Source of the DNA: Acetobacteraceae bacterium
Lineage (GTDB): Bacteria; Pseudomonadota; Alphaproteobacteria; Acetobacterales; Acetobacteraceae
Direction of reading: 5' to 3'
DNA: 48,094 bases
Assembly: GCA_049964515.1 (NCBI GenBank)
Contig: JBMFXF010000001.1
Location: forward strand, 1-48,094
Shown: one piece after another, positions 25,989 to 34,872 of the stretch
Position numbering within the stretch: position 1 is the first letter of the stretch
Layout: every line of letters begins with the position of its first letter
Program-made: the position numbers and the translations under genes
Notes under the pieces: model-generated
What the model was told of the DNA's origin: nothing
What the model saw: the letters and a program-made list of their open reading frames with translations, nothing else
Database searches by the model: none

Positions 25989-27191
25989 ATGACCCCCCCG
26001 ACCGAGTCCACCTCCGACCACCTGCCGCTGTCCGGCATCACCGTACTCGACCTCACGCTGGCCCGCGCCGGCCCCACCGCCGTGCGCCACTTGGCCGACT
26101 GGGGCGCGGACGTGATCCGCATCGAACCCCCGCCGACCCCGGGCGTGGAGGACATCGCCGGCAACCGCCACGGCTTCGATTTCCAGAATCTCCACCGCAA
26201 CAAGCGCGCGATCCAGCTCAACCTGAAGGACCCGGAAGGCCACGCCGCCTTCATGCGCCTGGCCCGCACCGCCGATGTGGTGATCGAGAACATGCGCGCC
26301 CAGGTGAAGCACCGCCTCAAGGTCGCGTATGACGATGTGCGCGCGGTCAACCCGGGCATCGTCTATGGCAGCATCTCGGGCTTCGGGCAGGACGGCCCCT
26401 ACGGCCATCGCGCCGGCGTGGATCAGATCGCGCAGGGCATGGGCGGGCTGATGTCCATCACCGGCCTGCCGGGCCAGGGGCCGGTGCGGGTCGGCATCCC
26501 GATCGACGACCTGACCGCGGGCAATCTGCTGGCGATGGGCGTCATCATGGCGCTGTTCGACCGCACCCGCACCGGTGTCGGCCGATGGGTGCAGACCAGC
26601 CTGCTGGAAGCGCAGATCTTCATGCTGGATTTCCAGGCCGCGCGCTGGCTGATGGCCGGCGAGGTGGCCCAGCAGGCCGGCAACGACCACCCGACCGGCA
26701 TCCCCACCGGCGTCTTCCCCACCGCCGACGGCAGCATCAACATCGCCGCCAGCTCCACCCGGGTGTGGGAACGCTTCTGCGATGCCATCGAGCGGCCCGA
26801 CTGGAAGACGAAGCCCGAGTGGAAGACCCAGAAGGGCCGCAGCGCCGACCGCAAGACCATCAACGCCGCGATCGGCGAGATCACCCGCACCCGCCCCGCC
26901 GCGCACTGGATCGAGCTGTTCGAGGGCAACGGCATCCCCTGCGGGCCGATCTACAGCATCGATCAGGTCTTCGCCGATCCGCAGGTGCAACATCTGCGGA
27001 TGGCGCGGACCATGCACAGCCCGGCGATCGGCGACAAGCCGGTGGTGGCCTCGGCGCTGAACATCTCGGGGTTCTCCAAGGATATCCGCCGCCCGACCCC
27101 GGAAGCCGGGGCGGACACCGATGCGGTGCTGCGCGGCGTCGGCTATACCGAGGCCGAACTGGCCGCGCTGCGCGCCAAGGGAGTGATCTGA
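25989..27191 (+). CDS. Family III CoA-transferase (CaiB/BaiF-like)
   Basis: 400 aa from ATG 25989. LSGITVLDLTLARAGPTAVRHLADWGADVIRIEPP and GFDFQNLHRNKR are typical of CaiB/BaiF. Confidence 0.88.
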   Translation: MTPPTESTSDHLPLSGITVLDLTLARAGPTAVRHLADWGADVIRIEPPPTPGVEDIAGNRHGFDFQNLHRNKRAIQLNLKDPEGHAAFMRLARTADVVIENMRAQVKHRLKVAYDDVRAVNPGIVYGSISGFGQDGPYGHRAGVDQIAQGMGGLMSITGLPGQGPVRVGIPIDDLTAGNLLAMGVIMALFDRTRTGVGRWVQTSLLEAQIFMLDFQAARWLMAGEVAQQAGNDHPTGIPTGVFPTADGSINIAASSTRVWERFCDAIERPDWKTKPEWKTQKGRSADRKTINAAIGEITRTRPAAHWIELFEGNGIPCGPIYSIDQVFADPQVQHLRMARTMHSPAIGDKPVVASALNISGFSKDIRRPTPEAGADTDAVLRGVGYTEAELAALRAKGVI

Positions 27192-27193
27192 CC

Positions 27194-28003
27194 ATGGACA
27201 CCGCGACCACCGAATACGCCGGCGGCAAGATGCTGGCCGCCGCCGAGGGCGGCGTGGGGCTGGTGACCTTCAACCAGCCCGAGAAGCGCAACGCCATGTC
27301 GCTCGAGATGTGGGAAGGTCTGGGGGCGATCCTGGACCGGTTCGCCGCCGATCCCGCCATCCGGGTGGTGGTGCTGACCGGGGCGGGCGGCAAGGCCTTC
27401 GTCTCCGGCGCCGACATCTCCCAGTTCGAGAAGACCCGCAACAACGCCGACGCGCAGGTGGAATACGACCGGCTGACCAGCGGCGGGCGCGCCAAGCTGG
27501 CGAATTTCCCCAAGCCCACGATCGCCAAGATCCGCGGCTTCTGCCTGGGCGGCGGGCTGGCGATCGCGATGCAGGCCGATCTGCGCATCGCCGCCGAGGA
27601 CGCGCAGTTCGGCATTCCGGCGGCGCGGCTCTCGATCGCCTATGCGTTCGATGGGCTGCGCAAGCTGGTGCAGCTGGTCGGTCCGGCCCATGCGCGGATG
27701 ATCCTCTATACCGCCAACCGGATCGGCGCGCGGGAGGCGGAGCGGATCGGCCTCATCAACCAAGCGGTGCCCGGCGATGCGCTGGACGAAACGGTGGGCG
27801 CGATCGCGCGCACCATCGCCGACAACGCGCCGCTTTCGGTGTACGCCTCCAAACTCACCATCGGCGAGGTGCTGAAGGACCCGGCCGACCGCAATATGGA
27901 CGCGGTGCGCGCCGCCGGGGTGGCCTGCTTCGACAGCGCCGACTACCGGGAAGGCCGGGCCGCTTTCCTGGAAAAACGGCGGGCTGTTTTCACCGGCCGG
28001 TAA
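27194..28003 (+). CDS. Enoyl-CoA hydratase/isomerase family protein
   Basis: 269 aa. VTFNQPEKRNAMS, VVVLTGAGGKAFVSGADI and IRGFCLGGGLAIAMQADLRIA crotonase motifs. Starts 2 nt after the CoA-transferase stop. Confidence 0.88.
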   Translation: MDTATTEYAGGKMLAAAEGGVGLVTFNQPEKRNAMSLEMWEGLGAILDRFAADPAIRVVVLTGAGGKAFVSGADISQFEKTRNNADAQVEYDRLTSGGRAKLANFPKPTIAKIRGFCLGGGLAIAMQADLRIAAEDAQFGIPAARLSIAYAFDGLRKLVQLVGPAHARMILYTANRIGAREAERIGLINQAVPGDALDETVGAIARTIADNAPLSVYASKLTIGEVLKDPADRNMDAVRAAGVACFDSADYREGRAAFLEKRRAVFTGR

Positions 28004-28086
28004 TCGGCGATCCCCCACGAGGGGGCTTCCAAGAGACAGGCGATCCGGGGCACACTGGCCCCCTTCCGTGGGAGGGTTGCGGCTTC

Positions 28087-28554
28087 ATGGGTCGGTGGTT
28101 CCGAGGTCTGACGGCATTGCTTCTGGTGGCGCTGGTGGCCGGGTGCGGCGCGCCGCCACCGCCGCCGCCGACGGTGGTCAAGCTGACCATCACCGCAACC
28201 AAGGATGTGAACGGCCCGGCCGGCGGGTCCGGCGCGCCGGTGATGCTGCGCGTCTATCAGCTGGCCGGCACCAACAGCTTCACCAACGCGGATTTCTTCC
28301 AGATCTTCAACCATGACGCGGCGACGCTGGGCACCGATTTGGTGCATCAGGACCAGCTCTTGCTGGCCCCCGGCACCACCAAGACGCTGACCCTGAACCC
28401 CAAGGACCAGGTCACCGCGCTCGGATTTTTTGCCGCTTATGGCAATTTCGCCTCCGCCACCTGGCGGGCGACCGCCCCGGTTCCCGCGCACAAGACCACC
28501 GCCATCACCGTCACCGTGGGCGCCAGCGCGATCACCGTGAAGTCGGGCGGATAA
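28087..28554 (+). CDS. tssJ: T6SS outer-membrane lipoprotein TssJ (SciN-like)
   Basis: 155 aa. Lipobox LVAGC. VMLRVYQL..NSFTNADFFQIF is characteristic of TssJ. It is the first gene of the tssJKLM run. Confidence 0.8.
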   Translation: MGRWFRGLTALLLVALVAGCGAPPPPPPTVVKLTITATKDVNGPAGGSGAPVMLRVYQLAGTNSFTNADFFQIFNHDAATLGTDLVHQDQLLLAPGTTKTLTLNPKDQVTALGFFAAYGNFASATWRATAPVPAHKTTAITVTVGASAITVKSGG

Positions 28555-28558
28555 CGGA

Positions 28559-29896
28559 ATGGGCTGGGAAAACCGCGTTGTCTGGTCGGAGGGCCTGTTT
28601 CTCCAGCCCCAGCATCTGCAGCAGCAGAACCGCTATACGGAGCGGCTGATCCGCGCCGCCACCGCCGGGCTGCGCCCGTTCAGCTGGGGGCTGACCCAGC
28701 TCGACGTGGACCCCGACCTGCTGGCGCTGGGGAAATTCGCGGTGCGCGCCGTCGCCGGCATCCTGCCGGACGGCACGCCCTTCGCCGCCCCCGGAGATAC
28801 CGACCCGCCGCGTCCGATCGACCTGCCGGACACGGCGCGCAACAGCGTGGTCTATCTGATCCTGCCCACCCGCCAGCCGGGCGGGGTGGAGATCGCCGGC
28901 GCCGGGCAGGAGGAAACCGTCGCCCGGTTCGGCGCCGTCGAACACGAGGTGACCGACAGCAACGCCGGGTATCAGGGGGTGGCGACGGTTCCGGTGGGGC
29001 GGCTGCGGCTGCGTTTCGCGCTCGAGACCGATGCGCGGGAGGGCTACACCGGCATCGGGCTGGCGAGGATCGCCGATATCCGGGCCGACAAATCCACCCA
29101 GCTCGACGAGAGCTTCATCCCGCCGCTGCTGCTGACCTCGGTTTCCCCCTCGCTGGCGGGGTTCGCCACCCAGCTGCAAGGGCTGCTGCATCATCGCGCG
29201 GAGGCGCTGGCGGGGCGGGTTTCCGAGACCGCCACGCGCGGGGCCGCCGAGATCGCCGATTACATGATGCTGCAACTCTGCAACCGCTACGAGCCGGTGA
29301 TGACCCATCTGGCCAACACCGCCGGGCAGCTGCACCCGGAGACGTTCTATCAGTTCTGCGTCTCGCTGGCCGGGGAGCTTGCCACCTTCACCGAAAGCCG
29401 CAAGCGCCCGGCCGAGTTCCCGCCCTATCGGCACGAGGACCTGACGGCGACCTTCCGCCCGGTGATGACGGCGCTGCGGCAGTCGCTGTCGGCGGTGCTG
29501 GAACAGACCGCGGTGCCGATCCCGTTGCAGGAACGCCGGTTCGGCATCCGGGTGGGACCGATCGCCGATCGCACGCTGGTGGCCAACGGCACCTGGGTGC
29601 TGGCGGTGAAGGCGCAGATGCCGGCCGAACAGCTGCGCCGGGGGTTCCCGAATCTGTGCAAGATCGGGCCGGTGGAACAGATTCGCGAGCTCATCAACGT
29701 GGCGCTGCCCGGCATCCCGGTGCGCGCGCTGCCGGTGGCGCCGCGGCAACTGCCGTACTATGCGGGCACCTCCTATTTCGAGCTCGACCGCAGCTCGCCC
29801 TACTGGGCCGCGCTGGCCCGGTCGGGCGGGATCGCCATCCATGTCACGGGTGACGTGCCGGGTCTCGAGATCGAGTGCTGGGCGATCAGGGGATAG
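28559..29896 (+). CDS. tssK: T6SS baseplate/membrane-complex connector TssK (ImpJ/VasE)
   Basis: 445 aa. N-terminus MGWENRVVWSEGLFLQPQHLQQQNRY is the hallmark TssK start. Confidence 0.9.
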   Translation: MGWENRVVWSEGLFLQPQHLQQQNRYTERLIRAATAGLRPFSWGLTQLDVDPDLLALGKFAVRAVAGILPDGTPFAAPGDTDPPRPIDLPDTARNSVVYLILPTRQPGGVEIAGAGQEETVARFGAVEHEVTDSNAGYQGVATVPVGRLRLRFALETDAREGYTGIGLARIADIRADKSTQLDESFIPPLLLTSVSPSLAGFATQLQGLLHHRAEALAGRVSETATRGAAEIADYMMLQLCNRYEPVMTHLANTAGQLHPETFYQFCVSLAGELATFTESRKRPAEFPPYRHEDLTATFRPVMTALRQSLSAVLEQTAVPIPLQERRFGIRVGPIADRTLVANGTWVLAVKAQMPAEQLRRGFPNLCKIGPVEQIRELINVALPGIPVRALPVAPRQLPYYAGTSYFELDRSSPYWAALARSGGIAIHVTGDVPGLEIECWAIRG

Positions 29897-29899
29897 CGG

Positions 29900-31231
29900 A
29901 TGAGCGACGATCCGTTTGCCGAACCAACGGACAGCGAAGCCACCATCATCCGTCCGCGACCGGGCGGGCGCGGGGCGGCGCCGGCCGCCGCCGCGGCCCC
30001 GGTTCACGCCGCCGGACCGGCGGGGCCGATCCCCACGGTCGGCGCCAACCCGCTGCTGGCCGCCGCCGCCCCGCTGCTGGCCGCGGCGGTGCGCATCGGT
30101 GCCACCCGCGGCACCCCGCCCGACCCGGAGACGCTGCGCCGGGCGATGGTCGAGGCGATCCGCGAGTTCGAGAAGCGCGCGCTGGGCACCGGGCTGGAAA
30201 CCCGCAGCCTGCGCGCCGCCCGCTATGCGCTCTGCGCCACCATCGACGATCTGGTGCTGAGCACCCCCTGGGGCAGTTCCAGCGGCTGGGCGGCGCAAAG
30301 CCTGACCAGCATCTTCCACAACGAGGTGAGCGGGGGCGAGCGGTTCTTCGACATCCTCGAGGACATGCAGCGGGACCTGGGCAAGAATCTCGACGTCGTC
30401 GAGCTGATGTATCTGTGCTGCTCGCTGGGGTTCGAGGGCCGCTACCGGGTGATGAACCGCGGCATCGCGGCGCTGACCGAACTCCGGGACTCGATCTACC
30501 GCACCATCCGCCAGCGCCGGGGGGAGTTCGAGCGCGATCTGTCGCCGCGCTGGAAGGGGCTGAACCTGGCCTATAAGGGCCTGCGCCAGACGGTGCCGAT
30601 CTGGCTGCTGGCGCTGGGCACGCTGGGGCTGGCGGCGCTGATCTATGTGCTGCTCGATTTCGCGCTGGCCGGCGATGCCGGGGTGGCCTACGCGCGGCTG
30701 GCCGGGCTGCCGCCGCACGGGCCGGTGCATGTGGTGCGCACCCAGCCGGCGCCGCCCCCGCCGCCGCCGCCGATCGTGGCCACCTCCGCCGGGCCGAGCG
30801 TGGCCCAGTTCCTCGCCCCCGAGGTGAAGAAGGGCGAGGTGCAGGTGTTCGAGGACGCGCAGGCGATCACCGTGCGCCTCATCAACAACCAGATGTTCCC
30901 GTCCGGGTCGGCGACGTTGAATCCCGCCTACCTGCCGCTGCTGCACAAGATCGCCGCCGCGCTGAAAACCCGGCCGGGCCAGGTGATCGTGAACGGCTAC
31001 ACCGACAACCAGCCGATCCACACCGTGCAGTTCCCCTCCAACTGGGTGCTGTCGCAGGCGCGGGCGGCCGCGGTGGCCGATGTGCTGCGCGGGCAGCTGG
31101 CCAACCCGACGCGGGTGCGCGCGGTGGGCAAGGGTGACGCCGATCCCATCGCGTCGAACGCCACCGCCGCCGGGCGGGCGCAGAACCGAAGAACCGAGAT
31201 CATCATCATGAAGACGGCGCAACTGCCATGA
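29900..31231 (+). CDS. tssL: T6SS membrane-complex protein TssL (DotU family) with C-terminal OmpA/MotB peptidoglycan-binding domain
   Basis: 443 aa. DotU core (RYALCATIDDLVLSTPWG, FFDILE, ELMYLCCSLGFEGRYR), one TM helix, then an OmpA-like domain (NGYTDNQPI.., NWVLSQARAAAVADVL, NRRTEIII). Confidence 0.9.
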   Translation: MSDDPFAEPTDSEATIIRPRPGGRGAAPAAAAAPVHAAGPAGPIPTVGANPLLAAAAPLLAAAVRIGATRGTPPDPETLRRAMVEAIREFEKRALGTGLETRSLRAARYALCATIDDLVLSTPWGSSSGWAAQSLTSIFHNEVSGGERFFDILEDMQRDLGKNLDVVELMYLCCSLGFEGRYRVMNRGIAALTELRDSIYRTIRQRRGEFERDLSPRWKGLNLAYKGLRQTVPIWLLALGTLGLAALIYVLLDFALAGDAGVAYARLAGLPPHGPVHVVRTQPAPPPPPPPIVATSAGPSVAQFLAPEVKKGEVQVFEDAQAITVRLINNQMFPSGSATLNPAYLPLLHKIAAALKTRPGQVIVNGYTDNQPIHTVQFPSNWVLSQARAAAVADVLRGQLANPTRVRAVGKGDADPIASNATAAGRAQNRRTEIIIMKTAQLP

Positions 31232-34200
31232 TGGATTGGCCGCGGCGGTTCATCCGCAGCTTCTGGGGCGAGATGGTCGTCAGCGCGGTGGTGATATCGC
31301 TGCTGATCTGGTTCTTCGGTCCGCTGCTGGGTCTGGGTCGGTTCCACCCGCTCAGCACCGTGTTCGAGCGGGTGATCACCATCACCGCGCTGGTGCTGCT
31401 GTTCGTCATCATCAGCCTGGTCCATGAGCTGCGCGAGAAGAAGCGCGAGAAGGAGCTCGAGGAGGGGCTGGCCGAGGGCGAGCACGAGAAGGACCCGTCC
31501 GAGGAAGCCTCGGCGGAGGAAATCGCGCTGCTGTCGGAGCGGATGAAGGAAGCGCTGGCGCAGCTCAAGAAGGCGAAGCTGGGCGGCAAGTCGCGCCGGT
31601 CGCTGTATCAGCTGCCGTGGTACATGTTCATCGGCCCGCCCGGATCGGGCAAGACCACCGCGCTGGTGAATTGCGGGCTGCGGTTTCCGCTGGCCGAGGG
31701 CGGCGGTGCGCACGCGGTCAAGGGCGTGGGCGGGACCCGCAACTGCGACTGGTGGTTCACCGATCAGGCGGTGATGATCGACACCGCCGGGCGCTACACC
31801 ACCCAGGATTCCGACGCCGCGGTGGACTCCAAGGCCTGGGGCGGGTTCCTGAAACTGCTGAAAAAGCAGCGCCCGCGCCAGCCGCTGAACGGGGTGCTGG
31901 TGGCGATCAGCCTGTCCGATCTCGCGACCCTGCCGGAAGGCGAGCGCTTCGCCCATGCCCGCGCCATCCGCAAGCGGGTGCGCGAGCTGTCCGACGAGCT
32001 CGGCGTGCGGGTGCCGGTCTATGTGATGTTCACCAAGGCCGACCTGGTGGTGGGATTCGTCGAGTTCTTCGACAATCTGGGCAAGGAGGAGCGCGAGCAG
32101 GTCTGGGGCGTGACCTTCGGCCTGGACGACGGCAAATCCGAGGCTGGCACGGTGGGCGAGTTCGGCGCCGAGTTCGACCGGCTGATGCAGCGGCTGAACG
32201 AGCGCATGATGGAGCGGGTCCACCAGGAACCCGACATGCAGCGCCGGCGGCTGATCTGGGGCTTCCCGCAGCAGCTGGCCTCGCTGCGCGATGTCGCCAA
32301 CGAGTTCCTGACCGAGGCGTTCCGCCCGTCGCGGCTGGAAACCCGGCCGTTGCTGCGGGGCATTTATCTCACCTCCGGCACCCAGGACGGCACCCCGATC
32401 GACCGGCTGCTGGGCAGCATGGCCGGCCGCTTCGGGCTGGCGCGGCAGGCGGTGGCGGCATTCAGCGGCGCCGGGCGCAGCTATTTCCTCTCGCGCCTGG
32501 TCTCCGGCGTGATCTTCGGCGAGGCCGGGCTGGTCAGCCGCGACCCGAAGGTGGAAAAGCGGCAGAAGCTGATGAACTACGCCACCTGGGGCGTGTGCGG
32601 GGTGGTGCTGCTGGGGCTGATCGCGGCCTGGACCATCAGCTTTGTTGCCAACCGTGACGCGATGGACGCGCAACAGGCGGCGATCGCGCGCTACAACAAG
32701 CAATACGCGGCGATCGTGCGGGCGGGAGCGGATGATACGCATCTGGTGACGGTGGCGCCGGCGCTGGAAACCCTGCGCACGCTGCCGGACGGCTGGGCCA
32801 CCCGCGAATCGCCGGTGCCGTGGTCGGCCACCTGGGGCCTCTATCAGGGCACCCAGCTGCACGCGGCGGCCAATGCGGCCTATGCCAACGCGCTGGACGG
32901 GTTGCTGCTGCCGCGGCTGCTGGCGCGGCTCGAGCGGCAGATGCAAGCCAATCTGGACAAGCCGAATTTCCTTTACGAAGCGCTGGAAGTCTATCTGATC
33001 CTGGGCCGGCAGGGGCCGCTGGACCCGGCGCTGGTGCGGCACTGGATGCACGAGGATTTCGCCGCCTCCTACCCCGGCGAGGAGAATGCGCCGCTGCGGG
33101 CCTCGCTGAACGCCGATGTGGCGGCGATGCTGCAGTTCCCGCTGCCCGCGGTGCCGCTGAACGGCCCGCTGGTGGCGGAAGTGCGCGGCGTGCTGACCCG
33201 CAAGCCGTTCGCCGATTATCTGTACGACAGCATCATCCACAGCCAGGTGGCGCGGCGGCTGCCGGAATGGACGGTGGCCGAGAATGCCGGGCCGGCCGGC
33301 TCGCGGGTGTTCGCGCTGCGCAACGGCAAGCCGCTGGACACCGGGATGCCGGGTATTTTCACCTGGGACGGCTACCACAAGACATTCCTGCCGCTGATCC
33401 CGGCGGTAACCAAGCAGGCTTCCGAACAGAGCTGGGTGCTGGGCCGCCCGCAATCGACCAGCGAGGAGGCGCTGACCAAGCTGCGCCATGACGTGCTGAG
33501 CCTGTATCTGGACGACTACACCCGTCGCTGGGATGCGCTGCTGGCCAATGTCGCGCTGAAGCCCTTCACTACCCTGGCGCAGGGGCAGAACGAGCTGTTC
33601 CTGCTGTCGGCCCCCGATTCACCGCTGCGGGACCTGTTGAAGGCGATCGACGAGCAGACCCAGCTCAGCCACCACGCCGCCGGCTCCGCCAAGGGCGAGA
33701 AGGCCAAGACCGTGCGGGAGGGGCTGACCGATATCGCCAAGGAACGGCTGGCCGCCGGGGAAACGCTGGAGGAAGGCGAGATCGGCAACGTGCTGGGCCA
33801 GGCCTTCGGCCGCGGCGCCGAGGGCAAGCCGATCGACCCCGCCAAGCGGGTGGACGAGCATTTCGCGGCGCTGCACGAGTTCGTGGACGGCAAGAAGCCC
33901 GGCTCGCCGCATCTGGACGCGGTGATCGCGCAGATCCAGCAGATCTATCAGGGCATCAACCAGGCGGCGAACGCGCCCAACCAGGGCCAGGCGCTGCTGG
34001 GAATGGTGGCGGGCGGCGGCGCCGGCGGCGGCGCGGCCGGCGGGGCGGCCGCGCTGGCGCAGGTGGCGCAGGAGGTGCCGAAGCCGGTGGCGGCGATGCT
34101 GCAGACCGTATCCGCCTCGAGCTCGGCGGTGACCGCGAGCGGGGCCGCCACCCAGATCTCGGATGCGTGGAAATCGAAGGTCCTGCCGCTCTGCCAGGAG

Positions 34201-34848
34201 GCGTTCAACCGCTACCCGTTCGTGCGCGGCAGCGGCGAGGACGTGCCGCTGGGCGACTTCACCCATCTGCTGGGTCCGCACGGGCTGATGAAGAAGTTCT
34301 TCGACAAATACCTGGCCGCCCTGGTCAACACCACCGTCACGCCCTGGCAATGGCAATCGGCCGACCACACCAAGCTGGGGCTGGCTCCCGGGGCGTTGGC
34401 CGAGTTCGAGCGGGCCGATCAGATCCGCGAGGCGCTGTTCCCCGACGGCTCGAAGATGCAGGTGAAGTTCCAGCTGACGCCGGTCTCGGCCGATGCCGGG
34501 GTGGGGCAGATCCGCATCCAGATCGGCAAGCAGACGCTCACCTGGGCGCATGGGCCGGCGCAGCCGACCAACCTCACCTGGCCTGGCGCCGGCGGCAATG
34601 ACGAGGTGCGGGTGATTATGACCCCTGCCAATGGCGGGCCGGCCACGGTGATCGAGAATGACGGGCCGTGGTCGCTGCTGCGGATGCTGGATGCGGCGCG
34701 GGTGATCCCGACCGGGGCACCGGACCGGTTCCAGATCGTGTTCTCGAGCCCGCAGGGCAGCGCCACCTTCCGGCTGAACGCGAACAGCGTGCGCAACCCG
34801 TTCAACATGGCGGCGCTGCGGGCGTTCCGCTGCCCGCCCAATCTGTAA
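31228..34848 (+). CDS. tssM: T6SS membrane-complex protein TssM (IcmF family)
   Basis: 1206 aa. N-terminal TM helices, Walker A GPPGSGKTT, DTAGRYTTQD and long IcmF-like periplasmic region. ATGA overlap with tssL. Confidence 0.92.
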   Translation: MMDWPRRFIRSFWGEMVVSAVVISLLIWFFGPLLGLGRFHPLSTVFERVITITALVLLFVIISLVHELREKKREKELEEGLAEGEHEKDPSEEASAEEIALLSERMKEALAQLKKAKLGGKSRRSLYQLPWYMFIGPPGSGKTTALVNCGLRFPLAEGGGAHAVKGVGGTRNCDWWFTDQAVMIDTAGRYTTQDSDAAVDSKAWGGFLKLLKKQRPRQPLNGVLVAISLSDLATLPEGERFAHARAIRKRVRELSDELGVRVPVYVMFTKADLVVGFVEFFDNLGKEEREQVWGVTFGLDDGKSEAGTVGEFGAEFDRLMQRLNERMMERVHQEPDMQRRRLIWGFPQQLASLRDVANEFLTEAFRPSRLETRPLLRGIYLTSGTQDGTPIDRLLGSMAGRFGLARQAVAAFSGAGRSYFLSRLVSGVIFGEAGLVSRDPKVEKRQKLMNYATWGVCGVVLLGLIAAWTISFVANRDAMDAQQAAIARYNKQYAAIVRAGADDTHLVTVAPALETLRTLPDGWATRESPVPWSATWGLYQGTQLHAAANAAYANALDGLLLPRLLARLERQMQANLDKPNFLYEALEVYLILGRQGPLDPALVRHWMHEDFAASYPGEENAPLRASLNADVAAMLQFPLPAVPLNGPLVAEVRGVLTRKPFADYLYDSIIHSQVARRLPEWTVAENAGPAGSRVFALRNGKPLDTGMPGIFTWDGYHKTFLPLIPAVTKQASEQSWVLGRPQSTSEEALTKLRHDVLSLYLDDYTRRWDALLANVALKPFTTLAQGQNELFLLSAPDSPLRDLLKAIDEQTQLSHHAAGSAKGEKAKTVREGLTDIAKERLAAGETLEEGEIGNVLGQAFGRGAEGKPIDPAKRVDEHFAALHEFVDGKKPGSPHLDAVIAQIQQIYQGINQAANAPNQGQALLGMVAGGGAGGGAAGGAAALAQVAQEVPKPVAAMLQTVSASSSAVTASGAATQISDAWKSKVLPLCQEAFNRYPFVRGSGEDVPLGDFTHLLGPHGLMKKFFDKYLAALVNTTVTPWQWQSADHTKLGLAPGALAEFERADQIREALFPDGSKMQVKFQLTPVSADAGVGQIRIQIGKQTLTWAHGPAQPTNLTWPGAGGNDEVRVIMTPANGGPATVIENDGPWSLLRMLDAARVIPTGAPDRFQIVFSSPQGSATFRLNANSVRNPFNMAALRAFRCPPNL

Positions 34849-34872
34849 GAGCCCGATCCGGGAGGACCCAAG

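Noticed and set aside
28532-33489. Long minus-strand ORFs (28532..31222, 30997..33489) opposite tssK, tssL and tssM. The ORF at 36610..38382 (-) opposite tssC is similar.
   Set aside because: These are Arg/Gly/His/Pro-rich shadow frames. The plus-strand frames carry unmistakable T6SS core motifs.
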